From: Bacteroidales bacterium
Lineage (GTDB): Bacteria; Bacteroidota; Bacteroidia; Bacteroidales; WCHB1-69
NCBI GenBank assembly: GCA_045598025.1
Contig: JAZLLH010000044.1
Span: forward strand, 1-54,703
DNA length: 54,703 nt
Reading direction: 5' to 3'
Below the pieces are notes generated by a model, which had not been told where the DNA came from, did not search any database, and worked only from the letters and a program-made list of their open reading frames with translations. The position numbers were made by a program, and so were the translations under genes. Of this stretch, positions 7,707-17,005 are shown in pieces. Every line of letters begins with the position of its first letter. Position 1 is the first letter of the stretch.

Positions 7707-9971
7707 TTATTTTTCTTTTGACTGTACCAACAGGTGCAGGTTTTTGCGTTCTCCGGCCACCCAAACCACGTCGTTGAGGGTGAACTGCATATGGGCGTCG
7801 GGGTTCATGTTGGTTTGTCCATCCCGTTCTATTCCGATGACCATGAATCCCAATTCCCGGAAGTTGGTTTCAAAAATGTATTTTCCGCAGAACGGAGAAT
7901 CCTTTTGGATGACGAAGGAATAGAAATTCACATTTTTTTCCCTGGCCGTATGTTCGGCTTCCGTGTCTTCAAATTGGATGTCTTTCATGAATCTGCCGAT
8001 TTGTTCGTCGCTCCCCAATACCAGAATTTTGTCGTAAGGGTAAATATACTCCTGGGCAGAAGGAAGGGTGATGACTCGGTTTCCCCGCCGGATTTTGACA
8101 ATATTGACTCCGTATTTTTTTCGAAAATCGGATTCGGCTATGGTTTTTCCCACATAGGGAGAATCGGCTGAAACGCGTATGCCTTCCATATGGATTTCGT
8201 TTCCGGCAAAATGCTCGTTATAGGAATATTCCATAGGATGTTCCTGCTGTTCCAGTTCCTCCTTCTGGTTGAGATTTTTTTGAAAGCGTTTTTCAATCCG
8301 GCTGTATCTTTTCAGGGTTTTCTCCGAGAAAATGACGAAGTAGATGATGCCAAGACCAAATACAACAATAATCCAGGGAGAGTATTTGAAATTTTTGAAA
8401 AGCACGCTTGTAACAAAAAAGAAGACGAGGAATACTTTCAGCAGCACCATGCTGATCAGTCCACTGCGATTGAATTTGCTGTCGTGCCATAATTTCAGGT
8501 AGGTTTCCCCGGATTTCCTCGTCTGATGGATCAGGCCCCTCAGGAATGGAGCCATGAAGGTCAGCGTGATGCCGGCATTGATACATCCGATCAGAAAGGG
8601 AGAACATTTGTCCCCGAGGTGTTTCCATACAAGGGGATTCAACCATTGGAAGGCGGCCAATTGTATGGCTACCAGTATAACACCGTATATCAGTATGTTT
8701 TTCAGATAATTTTTCAGCAGCGTCTTCCATTCGCTCTGCCGGTTGACGGTATGCGAACGGGCCTGATGCCGTTGCAATCTTTTTTTCCAGTTTTCCGGCA
8801 TATGGTTCTCCAAAAAATCGGCCAAAGGATCAGCGAAACGGATGCAGTAGGGCGTGGTGAAGGTGGTGATGACCGAAACGGCTACGATGACAGGGTAGAT
8901 GTAGGCCTGCATGACGCCCAGCGAATTTCCCAAGGTAGCGATAATGAAGGCGAACTCACCGATTTGGGAAAGGCTCATACCGGTCTGTACGGCGACTTTG
9001 AGCGTTTCACCGGACAGCAGTACACCGAAGGCCGACATGGCGGCTTTTACAACGATGGTCACCAGGGAAAGAATCAGTATGGGCAACCAGTATTGTCCCA
9101 GAATCTGCGGATCGACCATCATGCCGACCGAGACGAAGAAAATGGCGCCGAACAGGTCTTTGATGCCCTTCATCAGTTTTTCGATATGGTGTCCTTCCAT
9201 GGTTTCTCCCAAAATGGAACCCATGACGAAGGCGCCCAGGGCAGAGGAAAAACCCAGACTGGTAGCCAGAGCCACCATGCCGAAGCAGAGACCGACGGAA
9301 ATGATGAGCAGGGTTTCATCGTTGATGAGTTTCCGGGTCCATTTGAAAAAGGAAGGAAATACATAAATGCCCACCAGAAACCACAGAATGATGAAGAAAA
9401 CCAGTTTGACGATGCTCATCAGCATTTCGGTGCCGCCCACATTGTTGCGTACGGCAATGGCTGGCAACAGCACCATCATCAGTATGGCCACCAGATCCTG
9501 AATGATGAGGACAACCAGGGTGATGTCTGCGAACTTCTGCTTTTGGATGCCCATGTCGTTGAATGCCTTGATGACGATGGTAGTGGATGACATGGCCAAC
9601 ATACCTCCCAGAAAAACGCTTTCAATGGTAGTCCATCCGAACAGGTATCCGGTCAGGAATCCGGCAAAGAATACGGTGAGGACTTCCACACCGGCCGTGA
9701 TGAATGCCGTACTTCCGACTTGGAACAGCCGCTTGAAACTGAAATCCAGTCCCAAGGCGAACAGCAGGAAGATGATACCTATTTCGGACCATTCACTGAT
9801 AACCGCTGTCTGAGTGATGGTCGGGAAAAGGTTGAAATGCGGTCCTACTAAAAATCCGGCTACGATATAGCCGAGAACCAAAGGTTGTTTCAGCCATTTG
9901 AACAGAATGGTCGTGATTCCGGCTGATATCAGAATCAACGCCAAGTCGCTGACCAAGTGTAATTCTTCCAT
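7707..9971 (-). CDS. CPA2-family cation:proton antiporter with two C-terminal TrkA-C/RCK-C domains
   Basis: KQPLVLGYIVAG, LFALGLDFS, MSSTT, LGAFVMG, FFVSVG and SQIGEFAFII motifs, then two S...GK.I.E..FR..G..I..I.R repeats. Confidence 0.9.
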   Translation of the reverse strand: MEELHLVSDLALILISAGITTILFKWLKQPLVLGYIVAGFLVGPHFNLFPTITQTAVISEWSEIGIIFLLFALGLDFSFKRLFQVGSTAFITAGVEVLTVFFAGFLTGYLFGWTTIESVFLGGMLAMSSTTIVIKAFNDMGIQKQKFADITLVVLIIQDLVAILMMVLLPAIAVRNNVGGTEMLMSIVKLVFFIILWFLVGIYVFPSFFKWTRKLINDETLLIISVGLCFGMVALATSLGFSSALGAFVMGSILGETMEGHHIEKLMKGIKDLFGAIFFVSVGMMVDPQILGQYWLPILILSLVTIVVKAAMSAFGVLLSGETLKVAVQTGMSLSQIGEFAFIIATLGNSLGVMQAYIYPVIVAVSVITTFTTPYCIRFADPLADFLENHMPENWKKRLQRHQARSHTVNRQSEWKTLLKNYLKNILIYGVILVAIQLAAFQWLNPLVWKHLGDKCSPFLIGCINAGITLTFMAPFLRGLIHQTRKSGETYLKLWHDSKFNRSGLISMVLLKVFLVFFFVTSVLFKNFKYSPWIIVVFGLGIIYFVIFSEKTLKRYSRIEKRFQKNLNQKEELEQQEHPMEYSYNEHFAGNEIHMEGIRVSADSPYVGKTIAESDFRKKYGVNIVKIRRGNRVITLPSAQEYIYPYDKILVLGSDEQIGRFMKDIQFEDTEAEHTAREKNVNFYSFVIQKDSPFCGKYIFETNFRELGFMVIGIERDGQTNMNPDAHMQFTLNDVVWVAGERKNLHLLVQSKEK

Positions 9972-10023
9972 TTAGTTTTCATTTTTAATGAACGTCTGTA
10001 ATGAACGTGGATCAGTGGTTTGG

Positions 10024-10055
10024 CCGTTCGGGACACGGTCAGGTATCCCAAACGG
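10024..10055 (-). terminator. Stem-loop immediately after the argS stop, without a U tract
   Basis: On the minus strand CCGTTTGGGATAC-CTGACC-GTGTCCCGAACGG pairs over 13 bp with two G-U pairs. Confidence 0.45.
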
Positions 10056-10059
10056 ATAT

Positions 10060-11850
10060 TTACATGCGGTCGGGTACCTGTATTCCCAACAGTCCCATGG
10101 CCCGGCGGATGACGTCGGCGGTGAAGGCGGAGATGTACAGCCGCAATCTGCGCTTCTGTTCGTCGGTCTCTCTCAAGATGGAGCAGTCCTGGTAGAATCG
10201 GTTGTAGCTCTTGGCCAGTTCATAGGTGTAGTTGGCGACGAGGGCCGGACTGAATTCGGCCGCGGCCTGAACCACGTTGGCCGGGTATTCGTACAGGTTG
10301 CGGATGATTTCCTTTTCGCTGTCGGTCAGTTCTACATCCGGTGCAAGCGGTGCCTTGTCTTCCAAACGGAATCCGGCCTTGTTCAGCAGGGAGCGGATGC
10401 GGGCGTGGGTGTACTGTATAAAGGGAGCCGTGTTCCCGTTCAGGTCAATGGATTCGTTGGGGTTGAAGAGCATGTTCTTCTTGGGGTCCACTTTCAGAAT
10501 GAAGTATTTGAGTGCACCCAAACCGACGGTTTCCGCCAGGCGTGCCGCTTCCTCTTCGGAAAATTCCGTTTTGCCCAATTGGGCGGTGTTTTCAGCGGCC
10601 ATGGAGACCATGCTTTCCATCAGGTCGTCTGCATCGACTACGGTGCCTTCGCGGGATTTCATTTTTCCGGAAGGGAGTTCCACCATACCGTAGGAGAGGT
10701 GATAGATGGTCTTGCCCCAGTCATAGTCCAGTTTCTGGCCCAAAATGAGCTTGAGTACGTCAAAGTGATAGTTCTGCTCGTTGCCCACGACGTAAATCAT
10801 GCGCGAAGGATGGTACTCGTTGTAGCGGGTCAGGGCCGTGCCCAGATCCTGCGTCATGTATACCGAGGTGCCGTCGGAGCGCAGCAGCACTTTTTCGTCC
10901 AATCCGTCGGCCTGCAGGTCAATGCGGACACTGCCGTCGCTGTGACGGTAGAAAACCTTTTTGTCCAGTCCTTCCTTCACGATTTCCTTTCCCAAAAGGT
11001 AGGTGTTGGATTCGTAGTATATTTTGTTGAAGGCAATGCCCATTCTTTGATAGGTGGAATCAAAACCTTCGTATACCCAGCGGTTCATCTTTTCCCAAAG
11101 GGTGCGGACTTCGGTGTCGCCTTCTTCCCATTTGCGGAGCATGGCCTGGGCTTCCAGCAGTATCGGAGCCAGTTTTCCGGCTTCTTCTTCGCTCATTCCT
11201 TTTTCCATGAGCTCCTTCATTTCGGCTTTGTAGTGCTTGTCGAATTCCACATAGTATTTGCCCACCAGGTGGTCGCCCTTCATGCCGGAGGATTCGGGTG
11301 TTTCGCCCTTTCCGTATTTCAGCCAGGCAATCATGGATTTGCAGATGTGGATTCCCCGGTCGTTGACCAGATTCACTTTGATGACCCTGTTCCCGTCGGC
11401 TTCCAAAATACGGGATACGGAATCACCGAGCAGGTTGTTGCGCACATGACCCAAATGAAGGGGTTTGTTGGTATTGGGTGAGGAAAATTCAATCAGTACA
11501 GGCTGAGCATCCTCGGCAGCCTTACGGTGTCCGAACGCTCCGTTTACTGCTTCCTGACGGACAAATGCAATCCATTCGGCATCGCGTATGCTCAAGTTCA
11601 GAAATCCCTTGATGACGTTGAATTTTTCAACAAAGGGAAGTTTCTCCATGAGTTTTTCTCCCAATTGACGGGCAGTCTCGTCCGGTTTGCAGCGGGATAT
11701 CTTCAGGAAAGGAAACACCACGAGGGTGAAATCTCCTTCAAATTCTTTTTTGGTTTTCTGCAGGGTGATGCTTTCCGGTCCGATTTCACTCCGGTAAAGT
11801 TCGCGTACACTCTCAATGACGGCCTGGGTGATGATTTCCTCAAAATTCAT
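10060..11850 (-). CDS. argS: Arginine--tRNA ligase
   Basis: EFSSPNTNKPLHLGHVRN (HIGH-like), LLRSDGTSVYMTQD, GKMKSREG, GNTAPFIQYTHARI, and the DALR domain. Confidence 0.98.
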   Translation of the reverse strand: MNFEEIITQAVIESVRELYRSEIGPESITLQKTKKEFEGDFTLVVFPFLKISRCKPDETARQLGEKLMEKLPFVEKFNVIKGFLNLSIRDAEWIAFVRQEAVNGAFGHRKAAEDAQPVLIEFSSPNTNKPLHLGHVRNNLLGDSVSRILEADGNRVIKVNLVNDRGIHICKSMIAWLKYGKGETPESSGMKGDHLVGKYYVEFDKHYKAEMKELMEKGMSEEEAGKLAPILLEAQAMLRKWEEGDTEVRTLWEKMNRWVYEGFDSTYQRMGIAFNKIYYESNTYLLGKEIVKEGLDKKVFYRHSDGSVRIDLQADGLDEKVLLRSDGTSVYMTQDLGTALTRYNEYHPSRMIYVVGNEQNYHFDVLKLILGQKLDYDWGKTIYHLSYGMVELPSGKMKSREGTVVDADDLMESMVSMAAENTAQLGKTEFSEEEAARLAETVGLGALKYFILKVDPKKNMLFNPNESIDLNGNTAPFIQYTHARIRSLLNKAGFRLEDKAPLAPDVELTDSEKEIIRNLYEYPANVVQAAAEFSPALVANYTYELAKSYNRFYQDCSILRETDEQKRRLRLYISAFTADVIRRAMGLLGIQVPDRM

Positions 11851-11869
11851 ATATTATACATTCAAAAGG

Positions 11870-12547
11870 TTAAAGATTATAGTTTCTTGCCCCGAAAATG
11901 GCACTGCCGATGCGCACCATGGTGCTGCCTTCTTCCACGGCGATGGGGTAGTCGCCGGTCATGCCCATAGATATTTCCCTGAAACTTTCCTGATTGAGGA
12001 AAAAATCGGTTTTCAGTTGATCAAAATACCTTTTCAGGGTGTGAAATTCACTGCGGATGAGATCCTGATTCTCCGTATTGGTGGCCATACCCATGACACC
12101 GCAGATTTCAATGTGTTCCCATTCGGCGAAGGCAGGCGAAGCCAGCATGGCAACGGCTTCCTCATAGGAAAATCCGAATTTGCTTTCTTCGGTGGCAATG
12201 TGGAACTGCAGCAGGCAGCGGACGCGGCGATTGCATTTGGCGGCGTGCTTTTCCACCTCAGCGAGCAGTCTGGCGCTGTCGATGCTGTGGATGCAGTGCA
12301 CGTAGGGAATGATGTATTTGATTTTGTTGGTCTGCAGGTGTCCGATGAAATGCCATTCAATGTCCTTCGGAAGATGTTCGTGTTTCTCGGTCATTTCCTG
12401 TGCCTTGTTTTCACCAAATACGCGTTGTCCGGCTTCGTAGGCCTGCAGGAGGTCGCTTTCCGGTTTGTACTTGGATACGGCAATCAGTTTCACCTGTTCC
12501 GGCAGTTTTTTCCGGATGTCAAAAATATTTTCTGCTATGCTTCCCAT
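11870..12547 (-). CDS. yggS: YggS-family PLP homeostasis protein
   Basis: LIAVSKYK, FGENKAQE, WHFIGHLQTNK, SMGMTGDY and VRIGSAIFG. Confidence 0.95.
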   Translation of the reverse strand: MGSIAENIFDIRKKLPEQVKLIAVSKYKPESDLLQAYEAGQRVFGENKAQEMTEKHEHLPKDIEWHFIGHLQTNKIKYIIPYVHCIHSIDSARLLAEVEKHAAKCNRRVRCLLQFHIATEESKFGFSYEEAVAMLASPAFAEWEHIEICGVMGMATNTENQDLIRSEFHTLKRYFDQLKTDFFLNQESFREISMGMTGDYPIAVEEGSTMVRIGSAIFGARNYNL

Positions 12548-12550
12548 GTC

Positions 12551-12895
12551 CTACCAGAGAATGACGGCCATCAGTACGGCCGGTTGATTGCTTTCATTGG
12601 CTACGCTGTGACGGTCGCCGTTACCTGTGAAAACGGCATCGCCGGCGTGCAGGATTTCGCGGCGGTCGTTGTCCGTTACGACCACTTCTCCTTCCAGAAT
12701 GTAGTATATTTCGGCTTCCGGCTGATGCGGATGTTCACCTATGCTGCTTCCGCAGGGGAGGGTGATGCGGGCAAACATCTTGGCTTTGCCGCTCATTTCC
12801 TCTGTGGAGAATACAAATTGTTTTTCAATGTGGTTCAATCCGTTGCATACGTGTTCCGGATAGATGGTTTCCATTTCTTTTTGGTGTCTGATCAT
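12551..12895 (-). CDS. Cupin domain protein (TM1287-like)
   Basis: G.SIG.HPH..EAEIYYILEG and GD.....GD.HSVAN metal motifs. Start set at ATG 12895 (MIRHQ). Confidence 0.8.
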   Translation of the reverse strand: MIRHQKEMETIYPEHVCNGLNHIEKQFVFSTEEMSGKAKMFARITLPCGSSIGEHPHQPEAEIYYILEGEVVVTDNDRREILHAGDAVFTGNGDRHSVANESNQPAVLMAVILW

Positions 12896-12923
12896 GTTTT
12901 TTCTCCTTGTTTTTTTTGATTTG

Positions 12924-12931
12924 CAAAGGTA
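12924..12931 (-). promoter_or_regulatory. -7 promoter element for cupin-yggS-argS (TACCTTTG on the minus strand)
   Basis: CAAAGGTA on the plus strand, 28 nt upstream of the cupin start. Confidence 0.65.
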
Positions 12932-12999
12932 CAAAAAAAAAGAACAGCATTCCGTAAAAAAAAGTCAGGTCCCGATAAAAAATGAAACCTTAAAATGGG

Positions 13000-13007
13000 T
13001 AGTTTTG
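13000..13007 (+). promoter_or_regulatory. -7 promoter element for sbcDC (TAGTTTTG)
   Basis: TAnnTTTG match 35 nt upstream of the sbcD ATG, divergent from the element at 12924. Confidence 0.6.
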
Positions 13008-13042
13008 CACTTTGAAAAATTGTCTTTCCAAATAGTAGAACC

Positions 13043-14182
13043 ATGAAGTTTTTGCATCTTTCGGACCTGCATCTCGGCAAAAGGGTAAACGAGACTTCCC
13101 TGCTGGACGAGCAGCTTCATATCTTGCAGGAAATCCTCCGTCTGGCGGATGAGGAATGCCCCGATGCCTTGCTGATATCGGGCGATGTTTACGACAAGTC
13201 CGTCCCTTCCGGGGAGGCTGTGCAGCTTTTTGATGATTTCCTTTCCGAATTATCTGTTCGAAAAATCAGAGTGTTGATTATCAGTGGAAACCACGATTCT
13301 GCCGAGCGCATAGCCTTCGGTGGCCGCATCCTGGACAAAGGCGGCGTGCACGTTTCCCCCGTTTATGACGGGAAAATGCAGCCGGTATTGCTGTCCGATG
13401 CATACGGTGAGGTGGCGTTTTACCTGATGCCTTTTCTCAAACCGGCTCAGGTCCGTCGTTTCTTTGAAGGAGAGACCGTGGAAAATTATACCGATGCTGT
13501 CCGTCTGGTCATCCGTTCCATGGATTTGGATACGGAACGTCGCAATGTGCTGTTGGCCCATCAGTTCGTAACCGGTGCGCAACGCTCCGAATCCGAAGAT
13601 GTAACCGTAGGAGGACTTGACAATGTGGATGCTTCGGTTTTTTCCGGTTTTGACTATGTGGCTCTGGGACATTTGCACCGTGCGCAGGATTGTGGTGCCG
13701 CTCATATCCGGTACTGCGGATCCCCCTTGAAGTATTCCTTCTCCGAAGCGAATGATTCCAAATCATTGACTTTGGTTGAACTGGGACCGAAAGGGAAGTG
13801 CCGCATCCGTCCGATTCCCCTGCAACCGCTGCACGATTGGCAGGACTTCCGGGGCAGTTACGACGAACTGGTCAGGCGTTCGTTTTACGAAAATACCACT
13901 TTCCCGGAAGACTTTGTCCGCATTACGCTGACCGACGAGGAGGATATTCCGGATGCTATCGGAAAACTTCGCATCATTTACCGCAATCTGCTGGAATTGC
14001 GCTACGACAACAAGCGGACGCGGGCTTCCGGAATTCTGGACAGTGCCGGTGATGTGTCCCAAAAATCGCCATTGGCGCTGTTTTCCGAATTGTACGAGAT
14101 CCAAAATGGGGAAAAATTGAGTGAAACACAGGAAAATTACCTGCAGCGGATGATTGCAGGCATATGGGAGGAAAACGCATGA
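13043..14182 (+). CDS. sbcD: Exonuclease SbcCD subunit D (Mre11-like)
   Basis: HLSDLHLG, SGDVYD, SGNHDS, AHQF, YVALGHLH and YCGSPLKYSFSE. Confidence 0.95.
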   Translation: MKFLHLSDLHLGKRVNETSLLDEQLHILQEILRLADEECPDALLISGDVYDKSVPSGEAVQLFDDFLSELSVRKIRVLIISGNHDSAERIAFGGRILDKGGVHVSPVYDGKMQPVLLSDAYGEVAFYLMPFLKPAQVRRFFEGETVENYTDAVRLVIRSMDLDTERRNVLLAHQFVTGAQRSESEDVTVGGLDNVDASVFSGFDYVALGHLHRAQDCGAAHIRYCGSPLKYSFSEANDSKSLTLVELGPKGKCRIRPIPLQPLHDWQDFRGSYDELVRRSFYENTTFPEDFVRITLTDEEDIPDAIGKLRIIYRNLLELRYDNKRTRASGILDSAGDVSQKSPLALFSELYEIQNGEKLSETQENYLQRMIAGIWEENA

Positions 14183-16950
14183 GACCGCTTACTTTGACAA
14201 TGTCCGCATTCGGACCCTACGCAGGGGAAGTCTGCATTGATTTCGAACGTCTGGGCAGCAGCGGACTGTATCTGATCACCGGCAATACAGGTGCCGGAAA
14301 AACGACCATTTTTGACGGTATATCCTTTGCTCTTTTCGGCGAAGCGAGCGGAAATAACCGCAAATCCGATATGCTCCGTTCCCTTTATGCGGAACCGGGG
14401 ACCAAGACATTTGTGGAAATGGTGTTCGTTTACAATGGAAAGAATTACCGTTTGCGCAGGAATCCGGAATATATGCGTCCTTCCCTGAGGGGAGGCGGGT
14501 TGACGAAACAGACCGCAGATGCCGAATTTCAATGCCTGCCTTCCGGAAATGTCGTCTGTGGAGTAAAACAGGTCAATGCCGCCGTGGTATCTCTGTTGGG
14601 CATAGACCGGAATCAGTTTTCCCAGATTGCCATGATTGCCCAGGGGGATTTTATGAAATTGCTGACTTCTGATACGCTGGAACGCCAGGGGATTTTCCGG
14701 AAGATTTTCAAAACCGACCGTTTTCTGGAACTGCAGGACCGTTTACGGAAAGAGGTATCAGCATTGGACGAAGCCAGGAGAATGACCTTGCAAAGCCTCC
14801 GCCAGTATATCTCCGACATTGTTCCTCCCGAGGAAGAGGCGGAAGCTGCCGAAGTGAAAACTATAAAGGCATCTGAGCCGCTTGCTGCACTGGAGACACT
14901 GGAAGTGCTTTCCCGTCTGTGCAATACAGATCGGCAAAGGCAGCAGCAACTGACGCGGGAAATAGCGGATCTGGAACAGCAACTGGCCGATATCCGGGAC
15001 AGAGTAGCTAAAGCCCGGACCCGAGTGCAGACACAGGCTCAGATAGCGGAAACGGCTGCGGATTTGGAAAAGAAACAGCCCCGTGAACTCGCTGTCAGGG
15101 AACATCTGGAACAATTGAAAGCCATGCAGGCAGAAATGCTCGGGGTGAAACAAAAACAGTCGGCATTGGAAGCTTTGCGTCCCAGCTATAGGGAAATGGC
15201 GTCCATCCGAAAGGAAGTGGTGGATCTTCAGAAGGAATGTGCGGAGAAAGGAAAGGATTTGGAGCTCCTGAGCAAGCGTCATCAGCAAGCTACGGAGAAT
15301 TTTACCGCAAAAAAAGCGGAAAAGGCAGGACTTCAGTCGGCCGCGGCCGAACGCATCCGTTTGGAAGGGGAAATCCGAAACGTTTCGGATGGCTTGGCAA
15401 AGTGGCGGGAAATTCTGCAGAAAATCACGGAAAGAGAGGCCCTGCATCAGCAGTTGGAACGTTATCAGTCCTTGTTTGAAGAACGAAAAAGTCAGTATGA
15501 TGCGGCCCGATCCGAATACGAAACCGCCTATGATTTCTTTCTGAGAGAGCAGGCCGGGCTGCTGGCCAAAGATCTCACGGAAGGTAATCCCTGTCCAGTA
15601 TGCGGTTCCTTGCATCATCCGCATCCTGCCGTTCCGGCCGAAGGGGCTCCTTCCAAAGCTGAACTGCAACACTTGAAAGATGCTGTGGAAAATTTAAACC
15701 AAAAGTTGAATAAAGGTAGCGAATTATGCAAAGAAACAAAGATAAAGCTTGAAGAAAAAATCAAAGATATCACAAGCATGTTTCAGGCTTTTTCCGAAAC
15801 CCCAACCGCAGATGGCGGCCGTTCGCTGGCTGAAGACAGGGAAAAAGAATCCGCTGCTCTTTTGACGCGTTTGCAGGCTCTTTGCACAGCGGAAAGACAG
15901 AAAGAAGCCCGCTGTGCGGATTTGGACCGCATGCTTCCCGGAGAAGAAAAATCCATGCAGGAACTTTCCGAATCCTTGCAGCAAGTGGACAAACATTGTT
16001 CCGGAATTCTTATTCGATTGAAAGAGAAGGAAAAAGATTTAGAACAGTGGAAAACTCGTCTGCCTTTTGCCGATGAAAATCTGTTGGATTGTGAAATCCG
16101 GAATCAGACTTCGATTTACGAGAAATGGTCGAAGGATGTGGAAAAGACTGAGCAGGAAGCCAAGGTGGCACACGATGACATTCTCTGTCTGCAGTCTGTT
16201 TTGCAAAAGTTAAATGAACAGTTTAAATCAATAGATATTATTGATTTGGAATCAGAGCAATATAAATTTGAAAATTTGACAAAAGAAAAGCAGCGCCTTG
16301 CCGAAGAGGAAAGGCGGGTGTATACCCGTCTGCAGGCCAATGAGAAAGCTCTGTCCCGTCTGAAGGAACATTCGGAAGAACTCCGAAAACTGGAAGACGA
16401 ATGGATGTGGAAGTCCCGACTTTCCCATACAGCTGGAGGTACGCTCGGCGGCAAAGAGAAAGTGATGCTGGAAACCTATGTGCAGACCACTTATTTCGAC
16501 CGCATCATCCGCAGGGCCAATCTGCGTTTCCTGTCCATGTCCGCTGGTCAGTTCGAACTAAGGCGCAAGCAGATGGCCGGCAACAACCGTACCCAGTCCG
16601 GTCTGGATCTGGATGTGGTGGACCATTACAATGGTTCTGTACGCGACGTGCGCTCCCTGTCCGGAGGTGAATCCTTCAAGGCTTCTCTTTCCCTGGCTTT
16701 GGGACTGTCCGACGAGGTGCAGTCTTCTGCCGGAGGCATACGCATAGATACCCTGTTTGTTGACGAAGGTTTCGGCTCTTTGAGCGAAGATTCCCTGGCT
16801 CAGGCCCTGCGCGTTCTTCAGCAGTTGACAGAGGGGAACCGTCTGGTCGGAATCATTTCCCATGTGCAGGAATTGAAAAAAATAGAAAAACAAATCCGAG
16901 TGACCCGCGAAAAAACGGAGGGAAGCCGTGTGGAATTGGTCTTAGGCTGA
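14179..16950 (+). CDS. sbcC: Exonuclease SbcCD subunit C (Rad50/SMC-like ATPase)
   Basis: Walker A GNTGAGKTT, Q-loop IAQGDF, zinc hook CPVCGS, signature LSGGESF, Walker B/D-loop FVDEGFGSL and H-loop IISHV. ATGA overlap with the sbcD stop. Confidence 0.95.
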   Translation: MRPLTLTMSAFGPYAGEVCIDFERLGSSGLYLITGNTGAGKTTIFDGISFALFGEASGNNRKSDMLRSLYAEPGTKTFVEMVFVYNGKNYRLRRNPEYMRPSLRGGGLTKQTADAEFQCLPSGNVVCGVKQVNAAVVSLLGIDRNQFSQIAMIAQGDFMKLLTSDTLERQGIFRKIFKTDRFLELQDRLRKEVSALDEARRMTLQSLRQYISDIVPPEEEAEAAEVKTIKASEPLAALETLEVLSRLCNTDRQRQQQLTREIADLEQQLADIRDRVAKARTRVQTQAQIAETAADLEKKQPRELAVREHLEQLKAMQAEMLGVKQKQSALEALRPSYREMASIRKEVVDLQKECAEKGKDLELLSKRHQQATENFTAKKAEKAGLQSAAAERIRLEGEIRNVSDGLAKWREILQKITEREALHQQLERYQSLFEERKSQYDAARSEYETAYDFFLREQAGLLAKDLTEGNPCPVCGSLHHPHPAVPAEGAPSKAELQHLKDAVENLNQKLNKGSELCKETKIKLEEKIKDITSMFQAFSETPTADGGRSLAEDREKESAALLTRLQALCTAERQKEARCADLDRMLPGEEKSMQELSESLQQVDKHCSGILIRLKEKEKDLEQWKTRLPFADENLLDCEIRNQTSIYEKWSKDVEKTEQEAKVAHDDILCLQSVLQKLNEQFKSIDIIDLESEQYKFENLTKEKQRLAEEERRVYTRLQANEKALSRLKEHSEELRKLEDEWMWKSRLSHTAGGTLGGKEKVMLETYVQTTYFDRIIRRANLRFLSMSAGQFELRRKQMAGNNRTQSGLDLDVVDHYNGSVRDVRSLSGGESFKASLSLALGLSDEVQSSAGGIRIDTLFVDEGFGSLSEDSLAQALRVLQQLTEGNRLVGIISHVQELKKIEKQIRVTREKTEGSRVELVLG

Positions 16951-16971
16951 AAAACGTATTGAAAAAAGTGC

Positions 16972-16979
16972 TATCTTTG
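16972..16979 (+). promoter_or_regulatory. -7 promoter element for the polA operon (TATCTTTG)
   Basis: Consensus match between the sbcC stop and the polA start. Confidence 0.65.
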
Positions 16980-17005
16980 CAGATTGCATTATGCTTTTCT
17001 GCCGT

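Noticed and set aside
9988-11481. Long antisense ORFs, including 497 aa opposite argS, 8526-9590, 28552-29817, 30846-31955, 42633-44636, 4840-6036 and 50268-51278
   Set aside because: They lie opposite well-conserved genes, have no recognisable motifs, and are typical shadow frames produced by codon bias.
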